DNA of 64,000 bases from Sphaerodactylus townsendi (taxonomy: Eukaryota), in the NCBI RefSeq assembly GCF_021028975.2, contig NC_059433.1, positions 50,282,001 to 50,346,000 on the forward strand. Direction: 5' to 3'. Shown in pieces: positions 1-10,875 of this stretch. Positions within the stretch are counted from its first letter, which is position 1. Each line of letters starts with the position of its first letter. The position numbers and the translations under genes are program-made. Below the pieces are notes generated by a model. That model did not search any database and had not been told where the DNA came from. It worked only from the letters and a program-made list of their open reading frames with translations.

Positions 1-1106
1 AAGTTTGGTTTCACTAAGGCGTCTGATAAAGTCCCCCATGATATTCTTGCAAACAAGCTAATAACATGTGAGTTGACAATGCTAATGTTAGATGGATTTG
101 TAATTGGTTGACTGACTGAACCCAATAGCTTATCTTCATCCTGGAGAAAAGTGACTAATGGGGTGCCATAGGGTTCTGTCCTGGGCCCAGTGCTATTCAG
201 TATTTTTATCAATAACTTGGATGATGGAATAGAGGGCATGCTAACCAAATTTGCAGAGGACACCAAACTAGGAGGGGTAGATAATACCTCAGAGTACAGG
301 GTCAGAATTCAAAATGATCTGAACAGATTAGAGAGCTGGGCCAAAACTAACAAAATTAATTTCAGCAGAGATAAATGCAAAATTCTATGCTTAGGCAGGA
401 AAAAGGAAATGTACAGATATAAGATGGGTGGCACCTGGCTTGAAAACAGGACATGTGAAAGGGATCTGGGAGCCTTAGTAGTCCACAAACTGAACATGAG
501 TCAGCAGTGTGATGCAACAGTCAAGAAAGCCAATGTGATTCTGAGCTGAATCAATAGGAGTATAGTGTCTAGATCGAGGGATGTAATAGTACCACTCTAC
601 TGTGCATTGATCAAACCTCACCTAGAATACTGTGTCCAGTTCTGGACACCACAATTAAAGAAGGATATTGACAAGCTGTAACAGGTCCAGAGGAGGGTGA
701 CCAAAATGGTAAAAGATCTGGATTCCATGCCCTATAACAAGAGGCTTAGGGAACTGAGTATGTTTAGTCCAAAGAAGAGAAGGTTAAGGGATGACATGAT
801 AGCCATATTTAAATATTTGAAGGGGTGTCATGCTGAAGATGGAGCAAACTTGTTTTCTGCTGCTCCAGAAATTGCAGGAAAAGAGAGTCTACCTAAACAT
901 CAGGAAGAACTTCCTGATGGAAAAGGCTGTTCAACAGAGGAATATGCTTCCTTGAAATGTGGTGGAGTCTCCTGCTTTGGAGGTTTTTAAACAGAAGCCG
1001 AATGGCCATCTGCCAAGGGTGCTTTGATTATGTGTTCTTGCATGGCCAGGGGGTTGGACTTGATGGACCTTGTGGTCTCTTCCAACTCTATAATTCTATC
1101 ATTCTA
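1..1106 (+). mobile_element. CR1 LINE 3' fragment (degraded RT C-terminus and 3' tail)
   Basis: LFSIFINNLD...[18 protein letters not shown]-like segment, and (ATTCTAT)-type 3' repeats near 1085-1106. Confidence 0.93.
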
Positions 1107-2040
1107 CCATTGCACTCTTGAACAGTACCTTTTGTCTGGCATGAAGCAACTGCTACTGCCAATCCCTGGACAGTGTGTCAAGTTTTGGAGGTGCACTTTT
1201 TCTAAAAAATGTTGCTACATAAATACTTCAGTGGATAAGTATGCTGGGTGTGTGGGAAAACAAGGTTTAAAAAAGCAAACACTGTCTTGAAGCATGGTGA
1301 GGAAGAGCAATACTGGACTGAAGCCAGATGCATGTGTCAGGAGAGGAGCAAGAATGGAGAAAAGCAGAATTTGTTCTACATCAGAGAAATCTATTTCTGG
1401 TCTTGCAGAGAACTGCTCTCTCCACTCATGAGCTGGGAGAAGATGCTTCCCCTTCTCCCATGGGAAAGATGAGCAATCTCTCTAAGACTCCTCACACAAA
1501 ATGGATTCACCTGAAGGAGGTAATACATGGTTTCCTTTACTGGGGAAAGTGATCAGTCACTCTTCTGTAACTTTCATGCAGTGTTTACCTTTTTCTAGTT
1601 AACTAGGTAAAATACCTGGGGTTACTTTATTCTCTTCTGAATGAAACATACATTTTTATGGAGTGATGGCAAGTCTAATACCGTATGTACATAGCAGACC
1701 AAGATCAGAATTTCAGGAAAAATGGACGCCTTTTACACGTATATAGCTGTAGACTCAGAAAATAATTAAAACCAAAAGAAAAGGATTCGAAGAGGAAATG
1801 TTTTAAAATAAACTTGTTTGATAAGCAAATGTAGATAAAAAATAATGTTAAGAGCTACTGTGAAAGCACTGTAATGAAACCTAGTATAGAAACAAGTCAT
1901 TAGAAAGATATGCAATACATTCTATACATAGTTGTTAAATTTACTCATTGTTCCTAAATACTGTAAGAATAATAAAGTCTTTAAAATGAAAATTTTAAAA
2001 AATGAAACATGAATTCTTCAGAATATTTCAGTGTTCGGAC

Positions 2041-3207
2041 CATAAGAACATAAGAACATAAGAACAAGCCAGCTGGATCAGACCAAAGTCCATCTAGTCC
2101 AGCTCTCTGCTACTCGCAGTGACCCACCACGTGCCTTTGGGAGCTCACATGTAGGATGTGAACGCAATGGCCTTCTGAGGCTGTTGCTCCCGATCACCTG
2201 GTCTGTTAAGGCATTTGCAATCTCAGATCAAGGAGGATCAAGATTAGTAGCCATAAATCGACTTCTCCTCCATAAATCTGTCCAAGCCCCTTTTAAAACT
2301 ATCCAGGTTAGTGGCCATCACCACCTCCTGTGGCAGCATATTCCAAACACCAATCACACGTTGCGTGAAGAAGTGTTTCCTTTTATTAGTTCTAATTCTT
2401 CCCCCCAGCATTTTCAATGAATGCCCCCTGGTTCTAGTATTGTGAGAAAGAGAGAAAAATTTCTCTCTGTCAACATTTTCTACCCCATGCATAATTTTGT
2501 AGACTTCAATCATACCCCCCCCCCCCCCCCAGACGTCTCCTCTCCAAACGACAGACCCCCAAGCGCTGCAGCCTCTCCTCATAGGGAAGGTGCTCCAGTC
2601 CCTCAATCATCCTTGTTGCCCTTCTCTGCACTTTTTCTGTCTCTTCAGTATCCTTTTTTTGAGATCGCGTGCAACCAGAACTGGACACGAATACTCTCCA
2701 GAATGCTTGATCGCACCGCGTGCTTCTATAAGGGCATGACAATCTTTGCAGTTTTATTATCAATTCCTTTTCTAATGATCCCCAGCATAGAGTTTTGCCT
2801 TCTTTACGACTGCCATGCATTGAGTTGACATTCCCATGGAACTATCAACTAAGACGCCTAAATCCCTTTCCTGGTCTGTGACTGATAGCACTGACCCCTG
2901 TAGCGTGTATGTGAAGTTTGGATTTTTTGCCCCTATGTGCATCACTTTACATTTTGCTACATTGAACTGCATTTGCCATTTCTCAGCCCACTCACCTAAT
3001 TTATCAAGGTCCGCTTGGAGCTCTTCGCAGTCCTTTGTGGTTCTCACCACCCTACATAATTTGGTATCATCTGCAAACTTGGCCACCACGCTACCCACCC
3101 CTACTTCCAGGTCATTTATGAATAGGTTAAAGAGCACTGGTCCCAAAACGGATCCTTGGGGGACACCACTCCCGACATCTCTCCATTGTGAGAACTTCCC
3201 ATTTACA
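2041..3207 (-). mobile_element. Young 5'-truncated CR1 LINE
   Basis: Minus-strand GVPQGSVLGPVLFNLFINDL...KFADDTKL; (TTCTTATG)3 tail at 2041-2065. Confidence 0.95.
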
Positions 3208-3916
3208 GAACTTCCCATAATCAGTTGCCAGTATACCCATATGAATGTCAACATCCACCAAACTGTAGGCTTTTAGTCTACCACAACAACACAATCAAAC
3301 TCTGATTTCAGTCTTCTGTGGATTTGCCCTAACTTCAAACTAAGCAATATCAGACTTTGAGTGAGTCAGCCTAAGGAACTCCCTCACTCTCTTTGCAAGA
3401 TACAAAAGAATGAATTAATCATAGGTACGTGCCGGCCAGTGTCTTTTCTTTTGCTGGCTCAGTTCAAGATAGGTGTGGCATTTATGAATTACAGTTTGAG
3501 AAAGTTTCGCTGAGAATAAAAAGTTAATTTTTACCTACAGTCTCAGCACTTCAAGGTGGAATCTTTTAAAATGACATTACCGTGACATATTGCTATCTGG
3601 GGTGGAACAAAAGTAAAAAGCAGGACTTGTGCTCATCATTAAAGAATGTTTTGCATTGGATTTCCTTATTCTACCACTGACCAATGGAATCACCCAATAC
3701 AAATAGACCTGTTTAGAAAGTGAGTGTGGACAACTGAATTTGATTCTATATTTAGCAATTCTGGACTGTTGGGATAGTATGGCAACGAAGAGAGGAGGAA
3801 GCATAGATATTATAGTTGTCAGAAGCTAAGTTTTCCATTCCACTGTTATGGATGTATAGTTCTCTCCTTTAGGCTTGTCCTTCAGTGGCATACGTCAAAG
3901 AAGACAGACCCTATAC

Positions 3917-4023
3917 CAGTGATGGCGAACCTATGACACGGGTGCCAGAGGTGGCACTTGGAGCCCTCTCTGTGGGCACACACACACAGAGTTCATCATG
4001 TGTGGGGCAGAAAATCACCTCCT

Positions 4024-4072
<49 letters not shown>

Positions 4073-4414
4073 CTAGGCTGGCCTGGGCCACTGAGCATGA
4101 CGCGTTGAGCAGGGAGGACTCGGCTGGTGGGCCTGGTGCCTGTGCTCCGGGTGGCTGCTGCCTGAGGGGGGGGGGGCGCAGATGAGGCAGAGATGCTAGA
4201 GAGGCACAGAGCGGTGTGCGTGGGACTTGCTGGAGGCAAGAGCAGGCTGGCCCCTGCTCGAGCGGGTGAGGCAGAGGAAGAGGGAGCCAACTGGTTTTTT
4301 CTAAACTAAAACCTCAGCATTCATATTAAATTGCCGGGTTGGCACTTTGCGATAAATAAGTGGGGTTTGGGTTGCAATTTGGGCACTCGGTCTCAAAAAG
4401 GCTAGCCATCACTG
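3917..4414. mobile_element. Non-autonomous hAT DNA transposon with an internal (CA)n microsatellite
   Basis: TIRs CAGTGATGGCGAACCT / AGGCTAGCCATCACTG; perfect 8-bp TSD CCCTATAC (3909-3916 and 4415-4422). Confidence 0.92.
4026..4071. repeat. (CA)n microsatellite
   Basis: About 23 perfect CA units. Confidence 0.97.
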
Positions 4415-4989
4415 CCCTATACCAAAAAAAGAGAGTAGTGATTCTTAATTATTGTAGGCATGTCCTCAATGGGTCTTGTGTTAGGAAAGTGTGAGTACCG
4501 GTCATGGTTTGGAAAAGCTGATCCAACAACTAACTGAAGGAAGGGCAGAGTACAGGTGTGGGCCTGTATGTAAAAAAGAAATTATGGAAGAGACAGGGAA
4601 TACAGTGGAGTGATAGTACTGTAAGTTGACTGAATTTTGTTTTCCTCAGATTTCCCAATACTCAGTTGTAAATGTATTGAAGTATCAAGCAGATTACACC
4701 ATAGGGATCTTTTCTCAAGACAAACTTTTATGCCACTAACCTCAGTGAAAAAGCAGCAGCAGCCCCCCCTACAATCCCTTGTTGTTAAGCAGCAGCAGTT
4801 TCTCTCACCCATGTTCTCTAGCTTACCCCATCCCAAGGCCTCACTGACAACAGCCTAGGTGCCGTGGCTCTGGGAATGACATTACATCAAAAGCCTGCAT
4901 TCCAAGCAATTAGCAAAACAGCAACTGTCACATAAGCAATGTAATACTGTATAGATAGAAACCCATCAGATGCCACAAACTCCTGGCCC

Positions 4990-5400
4990 CTCCTGGACAC
5001 ATGACATGACCACCAAACCTTTTAGGTCTTGACACTCTGCCCCCCCCCTTTTTTGACAGTCCTTGCCTGTGAGAATATCACCGATGGAACTGGCAGACTA
5101 GCCAGGAAGGCAGTAACATCATAGGCATTAACCCACTCGTTCTCCTGGAGTGGAAATGTTTCCAAGCAATTAAATATTGCAACTGCCCCCTATGTAAGCA
5201 AGAGTTCAGAATCTGTGACAGTTTGTAACAGGCATTCTTGTCAGTCATGATAGGCCGGGGGATTTCCATAGCAGGATGCTAGAGATTGGCAGGTGGCACC
5301 TTCTTCAGTAAACTGCAATGAAACACAGGGAGAACTGACTGATATGTCTTAGGCAGTTCAATCTCCACCATTACCCCCTTGGGATTCATTATAATTCCGA
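4990..5400 (-). mobile_element. Chromovirus-type Ty3/Gypsy remnant (integrase C-terminus, chromodomain, PPT, start of 3' LTR)
   Basis: Minus-strand PVFHCSLLKK, ILNSCLHRGQLQYLIAWKHF, then a polypurine tract AAAAAAGGGGGGGGG followed by TGTCAAG. Confidence 0.8.
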
Positions 5401-5580
5401 AGGGGATATTTCCAAATTCCATATTTGTGAAGCCACCAAGAGGGTCAATCTGGAGGACAAAAATGCCTTTCCAATGGTTTTCCTTTCAATACAGTTCTGG
5501 CTTCAGCCGCTAAGGGCACATGGAACTCTGATCACAGTAAAAGGCAATCATGTCCTTTTCCACACACACCGTTTCCATCA

Positions 5581-6820
5581 GTTTTTTAATAGTAATTTTT
5601 ATTCAATTCTTAGCAACTACATACCACAATTAAAATGATACACTGCACAACTCTACAGTACCAGTAACCCTAACATTTAAAAACCCTACATAAACAGCAA
5701 AAAACATAAAACTATATTACTTCCCACCCAAAACCCATTGCTAAATGTATCTTTAATATTATATTGTTACCATGAATGGCTACACCAGCATTTTTAAAAA
5801 ACAAAGAAAAAGAGCTATGCAATTACTATTCCATTTCAAATAATGTACTGACATAGTGTAACCTTATCTAACTTATTTCTCAGATTTAAAGGCAATTTAC
5901 AGAAATATTCTCCAATCCTTCCTTCTCCTTCTCCTTCTCCTTCTAACTTACCAAGTCAATGCTTAAGACTGTTATCTGACAATCCTCTTTTTAATAACAT
6001 CTAGCATTCTACTCTGTTTTACTGACTTTTATCTACAACTATTTAACGAGATGTTTTTAAGTAGACTAATGTTTTCTTACAGAATCCTTTGGCACTTGCT
6101 GCAGAAGTTATTCTCTATAAGTGTCCTTTGTATGTAAAGAGAAGTCTTTCCCATTTGAGTCAAGTGAGTCTTATTTGTTTCATCTTTAAGAGTTCCTGGT
6201 AGAAAAATATAGGCTTTTCACTTCTGCGGGACAAGGGGATTTCCTTCATAATGATGATGTCTTTGTCATCCATCTTAAACGATGATATCCAATAGGCCTC
6301 CATAATTTGATCTGCAGAGCCTTTTGCATAGAAGAAGACAACAATACCTCTGCACAGTCCCCATGATTTTGGATTTTTGGTGTTTACGTTGTATACTTTT
6401 TCAATCTTTGCAGCCATCTCATGTCATAAATTTGGTTAAAGCTGAGGAAAGTTTCTTTTGAAGATTCTCTTTCAAAGGGTCTTTTCTCTGCAACTTTTCT
6501 TGGTCTTAAGGTCTTCTCTCTATCTTGGTCCTAAGGTCTTCTCTCTAGTCTGATATTCCTTGGGGAAGGCAAAGTGGCAGGGAATAATGGTGTTGCCACT
6601 GACTCAGCTTCTCTACCCCAGCAAATCACTACAGTAAGCATTCCTTTCATGTGTGATCCCAACCAAGGAGAACAGTCTTAAGAGTCTATGCAGCTTCCTC
6701 TGGCTCTCCCCTTAATCTGAGGAGGCATGTGGCTCTCTTTGAACTGTAGACTGAAGCTTCAGATCCTGGAGCAAACCTGATTACAACCATCTTATGTCAT
6801 AACTAGACCAGAACTTCCCA
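5581..6820 (-). mobile_element. L1-derived element with an ORF1 remnant and no ORF2
   Basis: AAGATGG motif near the 5' end, ORF1p-like C-terminal peptide (6160-6417), AATAAA plus an A-rich tail, and flanking direct repeat TTTCCATCA (5572-5580, 6821-6829). Confidence 0.62.
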
Positions 6821-7607
6821 TTTCCATCATTTTAAGCCCATTAATGAAACATTTCTTTCAAGGAGTTCCATACTTTTCCCTGTTTGGTTCCAAAAGCATT
6901 TTCAAGTAACTTTTGCTTCATTGCTTTTGAAAACACTTTTACTATATTGTTTTTTGCTGAAACATTTCCAAGTCAGCTTCCATTGCAGTGTGGTCATATT
7001 TGAAACATTTTATCTTTCCTGCTGAAAAGCCTGGCTGTGAAAGAAGATTGTCAGATCGAATGGTTTTCATACTTACAATTAAGAGAAAAGTTTTTAATGG
7101 ACAAGGAAGAATGGGGATTTATAAAAGAAGCTAATGAGTTAGACGAAGGAATCAAATATATAGGGAAGAAGGAACTTACTAATTTTTACCATATACTATT
7201 AACATAAGTCACAGAGACCGAAATTGTTAAAAATGGGAAGATTATGTTGTGGTTTTTTGAAAGCTTCTTCCACTCACACAACTCAATGTCTTTTATTAAA
7301 AGATTTTGAAGCTGAGGGAAAAAAATACAGTGAATGGTAAATCTCATTCCAGCAGGCATATTGTTGTTCACCAGCATATAAATATGTTGTTCACATATTT
7401 GGGTAAAACATGGCTGTGATATTACTCATAAGGAAAACAGAGTGTTCTCAACATAAATGGGATGCTGAATTCCCCACATTGGTCTCCCTTGCTGTTAGGG
7501 CTCAGCCTAGTCTGAATGGGAACCCCTAGGAGGAAGACTCAGATAGAGAAGAGGGGACAGTGTTAGTTCCAGATGCTCAGGCACTACCTGTAGATGCATA
7601 GTAGATC

Positions 7608-7743
7608 CAGAGCCGTAGCGAGAGGGAACTGTGCCTGGTGCACATGTGTGCCCTGTGCCCCTGCCATGCTCTCGTTGCCCCCACACTGGCGTGCGCCCAG
7701 TACAAGACACTCCCTCCCCTGTCCCCTGGGCGCTACACCACTG
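7608..7743. mobile_element. GC-rich MITE
   Basis: Imperfect TIRs CAGAGCCGTAGCG / CGCTACACCACTG; related ends at ~35847 and ~59565. Confidence 0.55.
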
Positions 7744-9847
7744 CCAGGTCCACAGGCTCAAGCAGAGCATTCAGGCCGGGATCCACAGCCAGGTTGAAGC
7801 TCTGAGATTCCCTAGCAAGAGCCTAGCTCTGAAACTCTTCAGCCCCTTCATACAGAGCCAGAGGGGACCCTGACAGCTCCCTCACTCCCCTCCCCTGTCT
7901 CCAGAGCCCCAAGAGCAATGCAGGAGGAGACTACATACTTGCTTACAGCAGAGGAGACGCAGCAGCAGGTTCGTAGCTATGGGGCGAGCTAGAGTAGATG
8001 CAGAGTCTTTTCAGGAGCCAGACTAGAGTAATCCAGCTGCAAGAGGTTATTACACAAGGGAATGGGAGGCTGGCTATAAAAGAGAGGTTGCAGCTGAGCT
8101 GGTTTGTGGCAGCAACACTGTGGCTTAGTTTGCAGGTTACTGTTTCTTGTCTCATCTGGATTCCTTGCTCTGTGCACATTAGGGTCACATCTGAACCGGC
8201 TAAGACCTGTGTGTGGACTATCCTTGGTTCCTGAGGTCTATGACACTTTCAAAATACTCTTTCTCCTGGTAGTTTTCCATGATTTGTTCCAGGTTGAATT
8301 CCAAAATCTGTAGTAAGCCCTGCAGGAGGAAAAGCAGTTTGAGGAGTGAATTTACAGAAAAGAACAGCAATCCAGAAGGGTTTCCGCACTTTTTCTCCCA
8401 TCCAGGCTCACCCTGATTATAAACTGGAGTCCATTTGGCAGTTGCAGGTTGGGTAACATATTGTTGTAGAGAGAACACGTAATTCCACTTTTGAGTCAAT
8501 TATCCCCTCATCCAAGGAACATTCCACAAAGGACTCATTAAATGTGAAAAAGGCTTGTTTCAATATCTAACGATAGTGACAGGAAAAGCAAAAGACTCTC
8601 CAGACTATGACATCTGGCTTTTTGAGCCATCCTCTGCAGAATTACACCCTTCTAAATCTGTTAAAGGTTAATGGGTTTAGAATGGAATCCTGCTGAGGTT
8701 AACAACACAATAAACCTGGCAGTGTATAAAAGAATGGCGTACAGAGGATGAGATACCTCCCTACCCCTCCCAAATTTTCTTCTTTGTCTCTTACTCAGAT
8801 TTATCTCTTTAGCTTCTGCCTGCTTCCCTTACTCTGTTTGATTCTCACCTTTCCCCATTGTATATTATTCACCACTTTTGTATACCATTGTACCTTTAAA
8901 GAGCTCTTCTCATAATACATGAGATTATCCTATTTCACTCTCAAAACTGTTTTGTAAAGTAGATGAGGCTGAGAGAAGGGGAGCAGCCCAAAGTACACCT
9001 AATAAACTTCAAGGCCTGGGGAAATTCACATTCAAGTATATCTGATCCAATTTCAACACTGTATCCTTTATACTACAGTTTCTGCATTATGGTATCTCCC
9101 GCCCCCTACCACCCAACAGTTGATTAGTTATGAGTCAGCTGGACAGTCATTTCAACATTTATAAATGTGGGAGCTGAGGTGGAAGCATTTGTGTGGGATT
9201 CTGGTCTGTATATTAGTTATTGATGAGAGAACAGTATCAGTAATTCTTTTTTAAAGAATTTTTTTTTAATGCTGACATCCTGCCATACACTGGTATCCCA
9301 TCCAAACCCGGGATTTTGAACAAAATGCTCCAGAGTAGGGTGCTCGCAGGAATCTTATAGGTTTACATTGCTAAGAACTAAAGAATAGGCAACTGGAGGC
9401 TTTTGCACCCCCCTCCCCCCCCCAAAAAAAAACAAGCCCAAAATCCCTTTGTACAAAAACCTAGCTTGGGACAAAGCATCAGGGCACGTCTCATTGCAAA
9501 ACATAACATCTAGAACCAGGTGGTGAATTATATGATTATTTTGGGATTCAGCAGCCTCCAATTTTTGTTCTTCTGTTTGCAGTGCAAACCCCTGGAGTTT
9601 TTAGGGTCACTCTCCTTTAGACCACATCGCCCAATATCCAGGCTTTGGACCATATATCTTTCAGTGTCACACTACAGAGAACAATCTCCAGAGTCCAGAA
9701 ACACAGGATTTAGGGTGTAATGGTTAGTAATCTCCAGTTTCCTATTCTTCAGTTTTTAGTAATACAAAGTGATAGAAACTCCACTAGGCATTCCACTTGG
9801 AAGCACATGGCGCACAAAACCTGCTTTGAATAGGGCACCCCTGTTCA

Positions 9848-10232
9848 GGATTCCCAACTTTCAGGTGGGGCAAAAGGTTGTCCTTGAATTACAACCAATT
9901 CCCAGAAAAGATAAATTCCTCCAGGCAAAATAGCAGCTTCAGAAGGCAGGCTCAATGACATCACACCCTCAGAGTTCCTTTCTCAGGCACTATTCCAAAA
10001 TATCTCCAGGAATTTTCCAAGATGGAGTTGGCAAGCCTAGCTAGGGTTACAATCCTCCAAGAGGAACCTGGAATTCTGCAATTACAAGTACTGGAATTAG
10101 TTCCCTGGAGAAAATGGCACCACAAAGGAGCAGGATCTATGTCTGAGCTTCTTTCCTTCCTCAAATTCTGCCATCTCCCAGCAACACCCACTAATCTCCA
10201 GGAACTTTCCTTGGCAATCCTATGCAATCCTA
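9848..10232. mobile_element. Two adjacent degraded copies of a TAGGGTTGCCA-type MITE
   Basis: Shared internal sequence (gaattaca...cctggagaaaat...aatctccaggaa...ttggca) occurs twice here and again at 20487-21160. Confidence 0.55.
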
Positions 10233-10479
10233 GGCTTCCCACTAATTCAGATAGATTTTCCAAAAAGTTTTCTCCTCCATACTCAGCAGCAGCGTACGAG
10301 GGTCAAGCAACAGAGGTGGAAAGCAAGCGAATAATTGTTGGTTTGCAGAGTTTCAATGTGATTATATTAATCCTGGGTTTTTATATATTCCTTGACGATG
10401 AGGTCGAACCTTCCCAATCCCATGCCTCTCGAATGACTGTCCGAGGAGGGGGAAATGCAGCCATCCTGATTTGCATGAA

Positions 10480-10830
10480 GAACTTGTTTGGCTTCGCTGC
10501 AGGGCTCGGATTACGGCGCTGCCTCACGGAAGCAGGTAAGTAGCGGGAGCTATTGTGCCCCAAAGCGGGACGACGACTCACTTCCACGGCAGAGGGCAAA
10601 GAGCGAAAGAGTCGCCCCCTCCCGAGGCCTGACGCACAAGGCGGGCGTGGCTCCCGCACCCACCAGGTGAACCCTCCCAGCGCGACGCTCTCCGCCCCTC
10701 CGGCTTCTCCCTCACCCGGCTAGGCGGCCCCATTTTATTAGCGGCAAAGGGAAAAGGGCAGGCGCGGTCAGTCGGTAGGAGAAAGCAACGCTTGAAGCCG
10801 AGGAGGATACCGGGAAGCTGAACCTTCGCC
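10480..10830 (+). promoter_or_regulatory. CpG-island promoter of DSG2
   Basis: Dense CpG in an otherwise CpG-poor sequence; GC boxes (ggcgggcgtggc, tccgcccc) and E-box CAGGTG at ~10664, immediately upstream of exon 1. Confidence 0.85.
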
Positions 10831-10875
10831 ATGGCTTGGCCTCTGGCTGCAGGACTTGGGATCTTGCTCGTTTTG
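10831..10875 (+). CDS. DSG2: DSG2 exon 1 coding part ([15 protein letters not shown])
   Basis: Strong Kozak context gccATGG inside a CpG island; 45-nt hydrophobic signal-peptide start; donor GTAAG at 10876. Confidence 0.9.

Noticed and set aside
2510-2810. Cluster of frameshifts and a 16-C run in an otherwise pristine CR1
   Set aside because: The pattern suggests homopolymer or long-read consensus errors rather than biology
8060-8320. TATAAAA at ~8075 with nearby E-boxes, as a possible alternative DSG2 promoter or LTR
   Set aside because: No convincing downstream exon, LTR ends or TSD; the motif alone is insufficient
1100-10480. Search for terminal exons of an upstream desmoglein (DSG3/DSG4)
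   Set aside because: No cadherin-like coding segments found
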